Assembly (NCBI GenBank): GCA_049972095.1 | Contig: JBMFKQ010000003.1 | Location: 23,613-87,612 of the forward strand | DNA: 64,000 bases | DNA from: Elusimicrobiales bacterium | Lineage (GTDB): Bacteria; Elusimicrobiota; Elusimicrobia; Elusimicrobiales; UBA9959 | Direction: 5' to 3' | Made by a program: the position numbers and the translations under genes | Notes under the pieces: model-generated | Seen by the model: the letters and a program-made list of their open reading frames with translations, nothing else | The model's database searches: none | What the model was told of the DNA's origin: nothing | Part shown: positions 38,712 to 49,521 of the stretch, one piece after another | Position numbering within the stretch: the stretch's first letter is position 1 | Layout of the letters: every line of letters begins with the position of its first letter

Positions 38712-40328
38712 ATGAGAATAGGACTTGCACATATAAATATTACCCCTGCAGATATATCTGGGAATCTAAAGAAAGCAATTGAGGTATATCAACAAGCATA
38801 TAAACTTGGATGTGATATTGTTGTTTATCCAGAGCTTACCATCCCCGGATACATTCCCTTTGACATACTCAATTACTCATGGTTTGTAGAAAAAAATCTT
38901 ACAGCCCTTAATAAATTTGCATCTACCACCTCAAAAACAGCTGCGATTATAGGATATGTTGATAAAAATACTCAGGGCTGGGGGAAACCTCTTAAAAATG
39001 CTGCTGCATTTATTCAAAATGGGAGAATAGTTAAAAAGGTTTATAAGAAGATTATTCCCTTTTCTGATATATTTTATGAATCAAGATACTTTGAGCCGGA
39101 CAATAACCCCCCTGAAATAATAAATTTTAAAGGCAAGAAAATACTCATAACAGTATGTGCTGATATATGGCATAATACTGACATACTATCAACACCAAGA
39201 ATATCTCAAACATCCCCTCTTGATTCAGAAAAAAAATATGAGATGATAATAAACATATCAGCATCTCCATATCATTTTGGAAAGATTGAGAAAAAACTAA
39301 GCACATTGAAAAGAATTGCAACTCTTAGACAAGCTGATATAGTTTATGTCAATATATGTGCTAGCACAGAAACAACAGTTTTTGATGGAACATCATTTTT
39401 TATCTCAGCTTCAAAATTATTTACAACCAATCCTTTCACTGATGGCTTGAGCGTTGTTGATACACAGGATTTCCAAAATACAGAAATAAAAGAAGATATA
39501 TCATTTATTGAAAAGGCAATAGTTCTTGGGATAAAAGATTTTTTTTCAAAATCAGGATTTGAAAAGGCGGTGATAGGACTAAGCGGTGGAATAGATTCGG
39601 CTGTGGTGCTGTGTCTTGCATCAAAAGCAATTGGTAGCAAAAAGATCAAAAGTCTCTTACTACCATCGCGATTTACATCATCCCAGAGCATAAGTAATGC
39701 TATTGATCTCTGCCATAATCTGTGCTGTGAGTATGAGATAATCGATATAGAAGAGATATACAGCTCTTATTTAAAAACTCTTAAAATAGATGATAGAAAC
39801 CCAACTATCACTATTCAGAATATACAATCAAGAATAAGATCAAACATACTTATGGCATATTCTAACCGATATGGGAGCCTACTTCTAAACACATCGAACA
39901 AATCTGAAATAGCAACTGGATACTCAACAATCTATGGGGATAGCTGTGGAGCTATAGCACCTATAGGAGATGTTCTTAAAACTGATGTATATAGAATTGC
40001 TAAGTTAATAAACTCAAAAAAAACAATAATACCTCAATCAATAATAAAAAGACCACCCACTGCAGAATTAAAACCAAACCAGAGAGATCAGGATGATCTT
40101 CCACCATACTCTATTCTTGATAGAATAATAAAGATGTATATTGAGGAGAAAAGAGATCCAGAGGAAATAGCAGATATAGTTGGTAAGAAAAATCTTGTCT
40201 TTTCAATTGTAAAAAGGATAGAGGCAGCAGAATATAAGAGAAAACAGATGCCACCAATAATAAAGATTTCAAGATGTTCATTTGGTGATGAAAGAAAAAT
40301 TCCTGTGATAAAAAAACTTGAGATATAA
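38712..40328 (+). CDS. nadE: Glutamine-dependent NAD+ synthetase
   Basis: N-terminal nitrilase domain (YPEL, K, VC), SGGIDS, NIQSRIR, NKSE, PTAEL; the ORF-track N-terminal extension overlaps rpsB, so start placed at ATG 38712. Confidence 0.95.
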   Translation: MRIGLAHINITPADISGNLKKAIEVYQQAYKLGCDIVVYPELTIPGYIPFDILNYSWFVEKNLTALNKFASTTSKTAAIIGYVDKNTQGWGKPLKNAAAFIQNGRIVKKVYKKIIPFSDIFYESRYFEPDNNPPEIINFKGKKILITVCADIWHNTDILSTPRISQTSPLDSEKKYEMIINISASPYHFGKIEKKLSTLKRIATLRQADIVYVNICASTETTVFDGTSFFISASKLFTTNPFTDGLSVVDTQDFQNTEIKEDISFIEKAIVLGIKDFFSKSGFEKAVIGLSGGIDSAVVLCLASKAIGSKKIKSLLLPSRFTSSQSISNAIDLCHNLCCEYEIIDIEEIYSSYLKTLKIDDRNPTITIQNIQSRIRSNILMAYSNRYGSLLLNTSNKSEIATGYSTIYGDSCGAIAPIGDVLKTDVYRIAKLINSKKTIIPQSIIKRPPTAELKPNQRDQDDLPPYSILDRIIKMYIEEKRDPEEIADIVGKKNLVFSIVKRIEAAEYKRKQMPPIIKISRCSFGDERKIPVIKKLEI

Positions 40329-40414
40329 TATGATTATTCTTTTTATACCCCTAAGCCACACATCCCACCTATCACCACTACCTCTTTTGTAGTTAAGATA
40401 AACCTTCTTTAAGC

Positions 40415-40729
40415 TTATTTGCTTATCTCTCTTTCTATATGCTTCCACCCATCCTTTATGCTTTTAATAATCTTCAAAAGCTCTTTCTCGCTTACTTTTT
40501 TAAGCCTTTTGTATTTATCTGCAATCTCATCAACTATTCTAATATAATCCTGCTTTGTTATTTCCTTAAGAGCCTTCATTCTCTCAAGAACCTCTCTTTT
40601 TATTTCAAGAGAAAAGTTCTTGATCCTTTCTCTGTTTTTCTTACCTCTCTCTCCACTAAGAAAGTAAATTGCACATGCAACAATAGCTGCGGTTATAGCA
40701 CCCGCGGCAATTTTTGTAGTTTTTTTCAT
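40415..40729 (-). CDS. Small YtxH-like protein (N-terminal hydrophobic anchor, basic coiled coil)
   Basis: AAGAITAAIVA..YFLSGERGKKNR pattern; SD AAGGAGGT before ATG 40729. Confidence 0.6.
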   Translation of the reverse strand: MKKTTKIAAGAITAAIVACAIYFLSGERGKKNRERIKNFSLEIKREVLERMKALKEITKQDYIRIVDEIADKYKRLKKVSEKELLKIIKSIKDGWKHIEREISK

Positions 40730-40742
40730 CCTAACCTCCTTT

Positions 40743-42830
40743 CTATCCAACTATCTTGCTTATGTCCGCGATATCACTAAAAAGATTATACACTTTTTTG
40801 AGAATGGATAGTCTGTTTTCTCTAAGTCTGTTATCATCAGCCATTACAAAAACCTTTTCAAAAAATACTTCAAGTATATCATTCAAAGATATTATTCTCT
40901 TGATGGCTGAAAGAAAATCCATATTAGATATATGTCTATAAACATCTTTTTCCAACTCTATAGAAAATTTAAAAAGATTTTTTTCCTCCTCAGTTTTAAA
41001 AAATGATTCATCGACACAAACCTTATCCCAATTCATTGTTATGTTTTTAAGGCGCTTATATATAAAAACAAGTTTCTTGAAATTAGAATCCTGCTTCATA
41101 AGCATCAAACAATCAATCCTTTTTTTAAACTTAACAACATCTCCTTCTCTTAAAAATATCTCTTCAACAGAATTTACAACATCAACATCAATCTTTTTCT
41201 CTTCAAAGTAAGAAAGAGCGCGCTGATATATGAACTCAAGTATTTCAGATGTCAGCTTTTCATATGACTTGCTGCTTTTCAAGTTTTGAGGATATAGCTC
41301 ATAAGCCCAGCTAATAAGATCTCTTATTGAAAGATTGATCTTCATTTCAAGAAGTATCCTGAAGATTCCAATTGCAGATCTTCTAAGTCCATGAGGGTCA
41401 TTGCTCCCTGTTGGAATTATACCAACAAGGAAATCCCCTACAAGACTATCTATTTTATGCGCGATAGCCATCACACAAGAACAGAGATCAGAGGGAATAG
41501 CTGATGAAATAGAGATAGGAAGGTATATCTGGCTAATAGCTTTTTTAAGCTTCTCATCTTCAATACCATAGTTTTTTGCATAGTAATAATTCATCAAGCC
41601 CTCAAGCTCTGCAAACTCACCAACAACATTGCTTGCAAGATCAAAATATATATATTCCGATGCTTTAACAACATCAGCATCACAATTGATTTTTTGAGAT
41701 ATATTTTTAACAATCTCTTTAACCCTAAGTGTCTTATCATAAACAGAACCAAGATTCCCTTGAAAAATAATCTTCTTGAGTTTTTCTTTCCATACTGAAG
41801 GATCAGTTTTTAGATCTGTTTCATAGAAAAAAAGGGCATCTGCACATCTTGCTTTCATAACATTGAGATAGCCGCTTTCGACATTACTTTGTCCCTTTGA
41901 TGTACCATCTCTTATTCCAACAAAAAAAGGGGCAAGGTTTCCATTTTTTTCGCGAAGGGGGAAAAATTTAAGCTGTTTCTTTATAACAAGTTCAAGCAGT
42001 GGATAGGGAAGCTTAAGAAAATCAGATGGATACTTAACAACAACGCTCCTTGGATATTCACAAAGATAAACATTCTCTTTAATCACTGACTCATCTCTAT
42101 CAGATATTAATCCTAATGTTCTCTCAATACCTTCAAGAGCTGCAACTATTCTCTTCTCTCTTTCATTATCATCAACAATAACATAGTTTCTATCAAGCTG
42201 TAAAAAATATGAATCAGCACTTTTTATAACTATCCTTTTAAAACCAGTAAAATAAGATGAAAAGGTAACCCTGCCTGATTTCACACCACATATTGAAACA
42301 GGAATAATCTTAGATCCCCACAGAGCAACTATGTTTCTGATAGGTCTTGCAAATCTAAACCTACTTTCTTCCCATATCATATTTTTGGGAAAATCAAGAT
42401 TTCTGATACTTCGGCTAAAAACCTCAGAAAGTATCTTTATACATGAAACAGACGGTCTTGTCCTAACAACACAAAGAAGTGCTCCTTTCTTCTCATGATT
42501 TTCTACCTGAAGATCCTGAGGGTTTACACCACATGATCTTGCAAAGCCAACAGCAGCCGGGGTAAAGTTGCCATAATCATCCTTTAAAAGAGATGCCTTT
42601 GGACCATAGATCTTCTCAACCGTTTTTTCTGTCTTTGCTGGAACATCCGTTATAAAAGCCACGAATCTTCTGTAGGTTGCATAAACCTTCACATCACCGA
42701 ATGGAAGTTGTTTTTCTTTAAGAAGTGTTAAAAGATTATTTTTAAGCTGCTCTTTTGCAGGTATTATGAATCTTGCAGGAATGTTTTCAACTGTAAGTTC
42801 AAAAATAACATTCTTCTTATTAGATTTCAT
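40743..42830 (-). CDS. glyS: Glycine--tRNA ligase beta subunit
   Basis: FEL.VENIP, FARPIR, EFAELEG, PTGSNDP.GLRR, FF..V.VM..NRL. Confidence 0.96.
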   Translation of the reverse strand: MKSNKKNVIFELTVENIPARFIIPAKEQLKNNLLTLLKEKQLPFGDVKVYATYRRFVAFITDVPAKTEKTVEKIYGPKASLLKDDYGNFTPAAVGFARSCGVNPQDLQVENHEKKGALLCVVRTRPSVSCIKILSEVFSRSIRNLDFPKNMIWEESRFRFARPIRNIVALWGSKIIPVSICGVKSGRVTFSSYFTGFKRIVIKSADSYFLQLDRNYVIVDDNEREKRIVAALEGIERTLGLISDRDESVIKENVYLCEYPRSVVVKYPSDFLKLPYPLLELVIKKQLKFFPLREKNGNLAPFFVGIRDGTSKGQSNVESGYLNVMKARCADALFFYETDLKTDPSVWKEKLKKIIFQGNLGSVYDKTLRVKEIVKNISQKINCDADVVKASEYIYFDLASNVVGEFAELEGLMNYYYAKNYGIEDEKLKKAISQIYLPISISSAIPSDLCSCVMAIAHKIDSLVGDFLVGIIPTGSNDPHGLRRSAIGIFRILLEMKINLSIRDLISWAYELYPQNLKSSKSYEKLTSEILEFIYQRALSYFEEKKIDVDVVNSVEEIFLREGDVVKFKKRIDCLMLMKQDSNFKKLVFIYKRLKNITMNWDKVCVDESFFKTEEEKNLFKFSIELEKDVYRHISNMDFLSAIKRIISLNDILEVFFEKVFVMADDNRLRENRLSILKKVYNLFSDIADISKIVG

Positions 42831-42843
42831 AAATTCTCCATCA

Positions 42844-43689
42844 TCACCTTTCACAAGCCTCAATATAAGACTTTGCACACAACCTTGCCATATTTCTTAT
42901 CCTTTTGATAAGATTTGCCCTTTCAGCTACTGAAATAATACCCCTTGCCATAAGAATATTAAAGCTGTGAGATGCCTTCATAACCATATCATAGGCAGGA
43001 TAATAAAGTCCTTTATCAATAAGGATTTTGTTCTGTGATTCATAGTAATCAAAATCCTTCATCATCCTTTCAGTATCTGACATCTCAAAGTTATAGATAG
43101 AAAACTGCCTTTCCATCTCAAGATGCACATCTCCATATGTAGTTGAATCATTCCATTTTATATCAAAAATGTTATCCTTTTTTTGAGAAAACATACAAAG
43201 CCTTTCAAGTCCATATGTTATCTCAACACTGACAGGGAAAAGTTCATAGGATGCCATCTGTTGAAAATATGTGAATTGTGTTATCTCCATTCCATCAAGC
43301 CAGATCTCCCATCCTATTCCACTGGCACCAAGTGTTGGAGATTCCCAATCATCCTCAACCCATTTGATATCATGCTCATTTATTTTTATTCCAATTGCTT
43401 GGAGTGATTTTAGATATATCTGTTGTATATCATCCCTGGGTGGCTTTATTATAACCTGATACTGATAGTATCTTCCAAGCCTGTTTGGGTTCTGTGCAAA
43501 TCTTCCATCAGTAGGTCTTCTTGAGGGTTCAACATAACAGCAATACCATCTTTTTTTGCCTAAAACTTTAAAAAATGTTGCAGGGTTAAATGTTCCTGCC
43601 CCCTTTTCAATATCATATGGCTGCATCATTACACAGCCCTGTTTTATCCAGAAATCACTAAGTTTATTTATTATATCTTGAAAGTTCAT
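42844..43689 (-). CDS. glyQ: Glycine--tRNA ligase alpha subunit
   Basis: GAGTFNPATF, PSRRPTDGR, DDWESPTLGA, EITYGLERL. Confidence 0.98.
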   Translation of the reverse strand: MNFQDIINKLSDFWIKQGCVMMQPYDIEKGAGTFNPATFFKVLGKKRWYCCYVEPSRRPTDGRFAQNPNRLGRYYQYQVIIKPPRDDIQQIYLKSLQAIGIKINEHDIKWVEDDWESPTLGASGIGWEIWLDGMEITQFTYFQQMASYELFPVSVEITYGLERLCMFSQKKDNIFDIKWNDSTTYGDVHLEMERQFSIYNFEMSDTERMMKDFDYYESQNKILIDKGLYYPAYDMVMKASHSFNILMARGIISVAERANLIKRIRNMARLCAKSYIEACER

Positions 43690-44332
43690 AACTCCTCCAA
43701 TCACATAACCTGTCATAGAACTCCGTTTTTATTTCTCTTGGAGAATGCTTATTCATTTGCTCAATAGCAAACCCACTGATATCTTGATACACATAATCAT
43801 ACTCACAAAGCTCATCAATTCTTTCAAAGCCACTGTGAATTATCTCCCACATGCGACTGTCATAACCAACCTGAGTTTTTTTAAACCCAACTCCAAAACA
43901 TTCAAGAAAATTGAGCATAAAAACAGTTTTAAACCACTTTGATATCTTATTTGATTTTGAAATGTAATCAAGTGCAGAAATAAGAAGCTTGTATTTCTCA
44001 AAAGAACTCTGATTGATAGGAGTCATTAAAACAAAAATATCAGAGATGAAAAAAAAATTTGTTATCTTATCCAAATCTTCTCTGATAGAGTTGTAGCTAT
44101 TAATGAGCGATGCTCCTGTACAGAGTGGCATAGTAGTGTATTTTGAGAGATAAAACCTAAAATCAGAATGGCACATCACCTCAGAAAAACACATAAGCTT
44201 CGCCTGTGGTTTTCTAACACCCTTGAAAATCACCTCCATTCTGCCATGTTTTTCACTAAAGATACTCACTATTCTGTCAAACTCTTTTACATCCTTGTGT
44301 CTGAGCACAATCCCTTTATCGCAAAAATACAT
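43664..44332 (-). CDS. recO: DNA repair protein RecO
   Basis: GIVL..EFDRIV.IFS..HG..KGVRK OB-fold N-terminus; usual position upstream of glyQ. Confidence 0.88.
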   Translation of the reverse strand: MYFCDKGIVLRHKDVKEFDRIVSIFSEKHGRMEVIFKGVRKPQAKLMCFSEVMCHSDFRFYLSKYTTMPLCTGASLINSYNSIREDLDKITNFFFISDIFVLMTPINQSSFEKYKLLISALDYISKSNKISKWFKTVFMLNFLECFGVGFKKTQVGYDSRMWEIIHSGFERIDELCEYDYVYQDISGFAIEQMNKHSPREIKTEFYDRLCDWRSYELSRYNK

Positions 44333-44413
44333 ATAAGATATTGTATAAAAATTTAGCCTTAATGGAATTATTGCTTTGAATGGCTATACTCATTTTTGTA
44401 TAATATTTTCATT

Positions 44414-44551
44414 ATGTTGCCAACATATAGACCAAATGTTAGAAAAAGAAAGAAGAAGATCGGTTTTAGGGCAAGAATGAAAACAAAAAGCGGGAGAAGG
44501 ATCATTGCCAATAGAAGAAGAAAGGGAAGATGGATGCTTATCCCTGAATGA
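44414..44551 (+). CDS. rpmH: 50S ribosomal protein L34 (not in the ORF track)
   Basis: Manual translation [45 protein letters not shown]. Confidence 0.97.
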   Translation: MLPTYRPNVRKRKKKIGFRARMKTKSGRRIIANRRRKGRWMLIPE

Positions 44552-44552
44552 A

Positions 44553-44906
44553 ATGAAGTATCTTCTTTCCCGCATTAAACTTAGGACTGAGAAGTGTATA
44601 AAAGAAGTATTAGAAAATGGTCAGATAGTATTTAGCTCGAAGGATGTTGTTATTTATGCGTTGAAGGTTTGTGAAAATGAGGGGTTTAAGTTTGCGGTTA
44701 TCACTGCAAAGGAGTGTGGTAACTCTGTTAAAAGAAACAGAATTAAAAGGCTTACAAGAGAGTATTTTAGGCTAAATCAGCGGCGTATTAAAAATTTTTA
44801 TGTTTTAATAAGGTATAAAAGGGATCCAGGTTTTAGAAGATATTGTGATGCAGAAAAATTTTTTGAAAAGATCTTTGCTGAAAAAGATTTATTCAGATCT
44901 CATTGA
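44553..44906 (+). CDS. rnpA: Ribonuclease P protein component
   Basis: GNSVKRNRIKRL RNR motif; follows rpmH. Confidence 0.93.
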   Translation: MKYLLSRIKLRTEKCIKEVLENGQIVFSSKDVVIYALKVCENEGFKFAVITAKECGNSVKRNRIKRLTREYFRLNQRRIKNFYVLIRYKRDPGFRRYCDAEKFFEKIFAEKDLFRSH

Positions 44907-45096
44907 TATCCTTTTTATTTCATGGAAAAGCATAAGGATAATAATGGGTCCTGGAAACTGCAGATTTATGCCAAGCTGCTCTGAATATTCAAAGGATGCT
45001 TTAAAGAGATACGGATTTATAAAAGGTTGTTTTATATCCTTTAGAAGAATAATGAAATGTAATCTGCTTTCAAAGGGTGGATATGATCCTCTTTGA
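44848..45096 (+). CDS. yidD: Membrane protein insertion efficiency factor
   Basis: CRFMPSCSEY..YG..KG..RI.KC..GGYDP; start uncertain. Confidence 0.92.
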   Translation: MQKNFLKRSLLKKIYSDLIDILFISWKSIRIIMGPGNCRFMPSCSEYSKDALKRYGFIKGCFISFRRIMKCNLLSKGGYDPL

Positions 45097-45110
45097 ACGA
45101 GGAGGAGGAT

Positions 45111-46628
45111 ATGCAGAAAAATCTTATAATGGCATTGCTTTTAACATCATTAATATGGATAGTATGGTACACTTGGATTGTTCCACCACAGACTCAACAG
45201 ACTAAAAAAGTTGAGATTTCAGAAGTAAAAAAGTATGACGAGTTAAAAGAAACAAAAGAATTGAAAACATCTCAAAATACTTTGGTTAATAACATAAAAA
45301 GTTTTGAGCTAAAAGCAAGCAAGACAAGATTTGTTCTTACATCATCTCTTTCGATAATGGAGCTTTTTTACTCAGGCCCTGTTCAAGAGATAAATCTCAT
45401 ACCTGACTCATCAAAACCATTCTTATCCTTCTATGATCTTGTAAAATATAGAGAAAAATTAAAAAAGCAAGATGAGGTTAGTGTAAGTGGAAAATCTGAT
45501 GTTGAGATAACAAAAAAACTTGTAATCTCAAATGAAAATGAACTCAACAGACTTATTGTAGAGCTAAAAAACACCTCACCAAAAACTATAAAAATCCCAG
45601 AATCAGAACTTACCGTTGGACCTGGGCTTAACACAGTCAAAAGCGAAGAAAATGAAAATCCAAAGATATGGAAGGCTTTATATGCATATAATAAGAAAGA
45701 AAGAAAAAATCCAGTTATAGAGAAACTAAAATCTGATTATAAAGGTGAATTTATATGGGCAGGTATTGAAAACAGATACTTCATATTCGCTGTGCTTAAT
45801 GATAATAAGATTTTTTCAGCAATAAAATACTCTCAACAAAAGATAAACGACAATTTAGCACCTATGATAAGGCTCGTTGTTGAGCCATTTATAATAAATG
45901 CTGGTGAGTCAAAAAGGTTTGAGGTAAAATTCTATGCGGGTCCAAAGGACTATGATCTTCTAAAAAAAATAGGATATGGACTTCACCTAAGCATTGATTT
46001 TGGAGTTTTTGCTCCCCTCGCAAAGATAGCAAACAGTCTTCTAAAAAGATTTTATGCTATAACTAAAAACTATGGAGTTTCAATAATCCTGCTGAGCATA
46101 CTTGTTCAAATAATAATGTTACCTTTAACATTTAAATCATACAGAGCAATGGCAATAATGAAAAAGATGCAACCAGAGATGAGGTCTATACAGGAAAGAT
46201 ACAAAAATGACCCTAAAAGGATGAATATGGAGCTGATGAATCTTTATCGAAGGTACGGTGCAAATCCATTTTCAGGATGCTGGCCAATGCTTCTTCAAAT
46301 ACCGATCTTCTTTGCACTCTTTACAACACTAAGAAACTCATGGGACCTTCATGGTGCAAGATTTATACTCTGGATAAAGGACCTCTCAGATAAGGACCCT
46401 TACTTTGTGCTGCCTATTCTTATGGGTGCTTTAATGTTTTTACAAAACTATCTAACCCCTCAAACTACTCAGGATGCCTCTCAAGCATTAGTTATGAAAT
46501 GGATGCCAATTGTATTCACATTTCTCTTTTTAACTTTTCCAAGCGGGCTTGTTATATACTGGATTGTTAACAGTCTTTTTTCAATAACCCTCAACTACTA
46601 CTTAAAACAAAAAGGATTTTATTCATAA
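45111..46628 (+). CDS. yidC: Membrane protein insertase YidC
   Basis: YAGPK, NYG.SII, NPFSGC.P.L.QIP, WI.DLS..DP, PSGL..YW. Confidence 0.97.
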   Translation: MQKNLIMALLLTSLIWIVWYTWIVPPQTQQTKKVEISEVKKYDELKETKELKTSQNTLVNNIKSFELKASKTRFVLTSSLSIMELFYSGPVQEINLIPDSSKPFLSFYDLVKYREKLKKQDEVSVSGKSDVEITKKLVISNENELNRLIVELKNTSPKTIKIPESELTVGPGLNTVKSEENENPKIWKALYAYNKKERKNPVIEKLKSDYKGEFIWAGIENRYFIFAVLNDNKIFSAIKYSQQKINDNLAPMIRLVVEPFIINAGESKRFEVKFYAGPKDYDLLKKIGYGLHLSIDFGVFAPLAKIANSLLKRFYAITKNYGVSIILLSILVQIIMLPLTFKSYRAMAIMKKMQPEMRSIQERYKNDPKRMNMELMNLYRRYGANPFSGCWPMLLQIPIFFALFTTLRNSWDLHGARFILWIKDLSDKDPYFVLPILMGALMFLQNYLTPQTTQDASQALVMKWMPIVFTFLFLTFPSGLVIYWIVNSLFSITLNYYLKQKGFYS

Positions 46629-46644
46629 TCAATTGGGAGGAAAG

Positions 46645-47466
46645 ATGAAAGAACTCAAAATAGAGGCGAAGACGGTAAAGGAGGCAATAGAAAAAGGGCT
46701 TAAAGAACTAAACCTCACAAGAGAACAGGTTGAGGTTGAGATAGTTCAGGAAGAGAAAAAGGGAATACTTGGGATAGGCTTTCAAAACGCTTGTGTTATA
46801 ATAAGAGAAAAAAACTTTAACAAAGCTGATGAGCTTGATAAAACTCTAAATAAAAAAGAGATAAAGATTGATGGATATGAATCCTTTAACAAAACCGGAG
46901 ATCTTCTTAATGATCTAAAAAAGATACTCACAGACATTCTCAGGCTTTCAAGAATAGATGCCAAGATCACAAAAGAGCTATACGATGAAACCAGGGGTTA
47001 TGCATACATAAACATCCAAAGCAAGGATGCAGGGCTTCTGCTTTATGATGGTGCAAAGGGACTTTTAACACTCCAACAGATCGTTTCAATGATTATAAAT
47101 AGGCACTATGAAAATAAAATAGTGTTAAGAATAGACACTGAGGAGTTCTGGAACAAAGCTGAATCAAAAATCAGAAGGGATGTAGAACATGCAATAGAGT
47201 TCATAAGAAAGACAAAAAAAACATACAAAATGAAACCTATGCCATCACCATTCAGAAAAATAATACACGATATTGTTAAAAACAATTATCCTGACTACTC
47301 AACATTTTCTATAGGAAGTGGAAGGTTTAGAAGGGTTGTTATAAAATTTAAGGAGGAAAATAAGGAAGCTCAAAATCAAACAGATAATACAACAAACCAA
47401 ACATATCTTAATGAAAACCCAGAAAAACATCAAGAGGAAAAACAAGAAAATGTACCCAACGAATGA
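46645..47466 (+). CDS. jag: Jag/KhpB/EloR RNA-binding protein
   Basis: Jag_N (AKTVKEAIEKGL..KKGILG), KH-like region, R3H (RKIIH). Confidence 0.85.
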   Translation: MKELKIEAKTVKEAIEKGLKELNLTREQVEVEIVQEEKKGILGIGFQNACVIIREKNFNKADELDKTLNKKEIKIDGYESFNKTGDLLNDLKKILTDILRLSRIDAKITKELYDETRGYAYINIQSKDAGLLLYDGAKGLLTLQQIVSMIINRHYENKIVLRIDTEEFWNKAESKIRRDVEHAIEFIRKTKKTYKMKPMPSPFRKIIHDIVKNNYPDYSTFSIGSGRFRRVVIKFKEENKEAQNQTDNTTNQTYLNENPEKHQEEKQENVPNE

Positions 47467-48799
47467 TACGATTGCTACCATAGCCTCAGGGCCGGATGGG
47501 GTTATAGGCATTGTAAGGATAAGTGGGAAAGATACGTTTAAAGTAGCATCATCTTTTATCCTGCCGAATGATTTTTATAAAGAGAAAGATAACAAATACT
47601 ATCTTGTTAAGATCATAGATCCTAAAACATGCAAAACAATAGACCGAGCAGTGATTCTTGTTTATCATGCTCCCAAAAGCTATACACGAGAGGATATGAT
47701 TGAGATATTCTGCCATAACTCGCCCTACATAGTAAGAAAGATCCTTGAACTTGCTATTGAAAATGGTTCAAGACAGGCACAAGCAGGAGAGTTTACATTT
47801 AGAGCCTATATCAATGGAAGAATCGACCTAATTCAAGCAGAGGCGATAAATAATCTTATAAAATCAGAAACTGAGAAACAACATGAAATAGCACTAAGAC
47901 AGGCAGAGGGAAGTCTTTCAAAGAAAGTAAAAAAGATAAGATCACAAATAATAGACCTTATCAGTGAGTTTGAGGTAAGAATTGATGACTCATATGAGGA
48001 AATGGAGGATATAGACAAGTGTAAATTCTACACAAAGATAGACGAGCTTGTTGCTGTCATAAAAAAACTTGCAGATACATATAAAAACTCTTCTATTATA
48101 AAAGATGGGATAAAGATATGTATCATAGGGGCTCCAAACTGTGGAAAATCAACCCTTCTTAACACTATAATAGGATATGAAAGGCTTATAACCTCTCCTA
48201 TACCAGGCACAACGCGTGATGTTGTTGAGATAGCCTTTGATATAAATGGATTTAAAACAGTGTTTTATGATACAGCAGGAATAAGAGAAACGGATGATCC
48301 GATTGAAAAGGAGGGTATAAAAAGAGCAATAAAAACAGCAACGGTATCTGATATCATTCTTCTTTTAAGAGATCCTCTTCAGAGCGATGATGACTATTTT
48401 AAGATAAAAAGGATTCTGTATGAAAACATCTCAAAGCATACAAAAATTTTGGAGATAATAACCAAGTCAGATACGGTTAAAGAAAGAAAAACCGATGGAT
48501 TTTATGTATCATCCTTCACAGGAGAGAATATAAAAAAACTTTTATTTAAAATAACTGAAATAAAGCAAAGAATAAATGACAATATATTTGATGAGATAAT
48601 AGTTTCTGAAAGACATTATCAATGCCTTTTAAAAGCAGCACAAGAGATTGAAAAGATAAAAGATATACATTTTCATCATTATGAGCTTGTATCTGAACAT
48701 CTAAAAAATGCCCTTGATGCAATGGAAGAGATAGCAGGAAGAACCTTCAGTGAAGAGATAATAAAAAATATATTTTCAAGATTCTGTGTTGGTAAATAA
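47450..48799 (+). CDS. mnmE: tRNA modification GTPase MnmE
   Basis: DTIA, GEFTFRA, GAPNCGKS, GTTRD, DTAG, C-terminal FCVGK. Confidence 0.97.
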   Translation: MYPTNDTIATIASGPDGVIGIVRISGKDTFKVASSFILPNDFYKEKDNKYYLVKIIDPKTCKTIDRAVILVYHAPKSYTREDMIEIFCHNSPYIVRKILELAIENGSRQAQAGEFTFRAYINGRIDLIQAEAINNLIKSETEKQHEIALRQAEGSLSKKVKKIRSQIIDLISEFEVRIDDSYEEMEDIDKCKFYTKIDELVAVIKKLADTYKNSSIIKDGIKICIIGAPNCGKSTLLNTIIGYERLITSPIPGTTRDVVEIAFDINGFKTVFYDTAGIRETDDPIEKEGIKRAIKTATVSDIILLLRDPLQSDDDYFKIKRILYENISKHTKILEIITKSDTVKERKTDGFYVSSFTGENIKKLLFKITEIKQRINDNIFDEIIVSERHYQCLLKAAQEIEKIKDIHFHHYELVSEHLKNALDAMEEIAGRTFSEEIIKNIFSRFCVGK

Positions 48800-48804
48800 A
48801 ATAT

Positions 48805-49518
48805 ATGAGATGGATATTGTTTTTCATAAAAAAACCAGAAGAGTTTGTAAGAAAACTTAATTCAAAATCTGCCATTATACTTTTTATCTCAGCTATGATT
48901 GTCAAGATAGCTTATAACATCATCTCAGATCACAGCTTTCCAGCGGAGATGAATTTTGAATTTGCCGGAATATCAAACCCAAAGCTTTATGAGTTTATTC
49001 TTTCATATCTAATATCTGAGTTTTTATTTCTTGGAATTTTTCTCTCTGCTTTTCTTATAAACATAAGAAAAAAAGCTATTATAAGCTTAACTATAGATAT
49101 CTTGCTTGTTTCTATTCTTTCATTCACACTCTTATCACACTCAAAAATTTATATACCACTTTCACTGTTAGTTACCATAACAGCCCTTACTTTCTTTATT
49201 TCAAATATGATCAAAGAATATATCATATCAGTCAAAATAATGATATCACTTCAGATATTTAACATAATCTCAACAATTTTACTCTACATATCTGAGATAA
49301 TATCATCAAATACTCTTGCAATAACAGTGCTTTTTGTATATTCTATTATATCATTTGCATACTTTATAAAAATCTTTAGGGCTTTTTATGATATTTCTGT
49401 TAAAAGACTTATAATATCATCTATACCTCCTATCATTATTTCAGTTCTTTGTGGTTTTGTGATATACAAAGCAAACATATTCTCACCAAATACAGTTAAA
49501 CTTATTCTTTATAACTAA
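48805..49518 (+). CDS. Hypothetical multi-pass membrane protein
   Basis: 237 aa, about six hydrophobic segments, tightly packed between mnmE and mnmG. Confidence 0.7.
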   Translation: MRWILFFIKKPEEFVRKLNSKSAIILFISAMIVKIAYNIISDHSFPAEMNFEFAGISNPKLYEFILSYLISEFLFLGIFLSAFLINIRKKAIISLTIDILLVSILSFTLLSHSKIYIPLSLLVTITALTFFISNMIKEYIISVKIMISLQIFNIISTILLYISEIISSNTLAITVLFVYSIISFAYFIKIFRAFYDISVKRLIISSIPPIIISVLCGFVIYKANIFSPNTVKLILYN

Positions 49519-49521
49519 TGT

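Noticed and set aside
44333..44413. oriC beside rpmH
   Set aside because: Only 81 bp, no DnaA boxes found and no dnaA; explained by back-to-back promoters.
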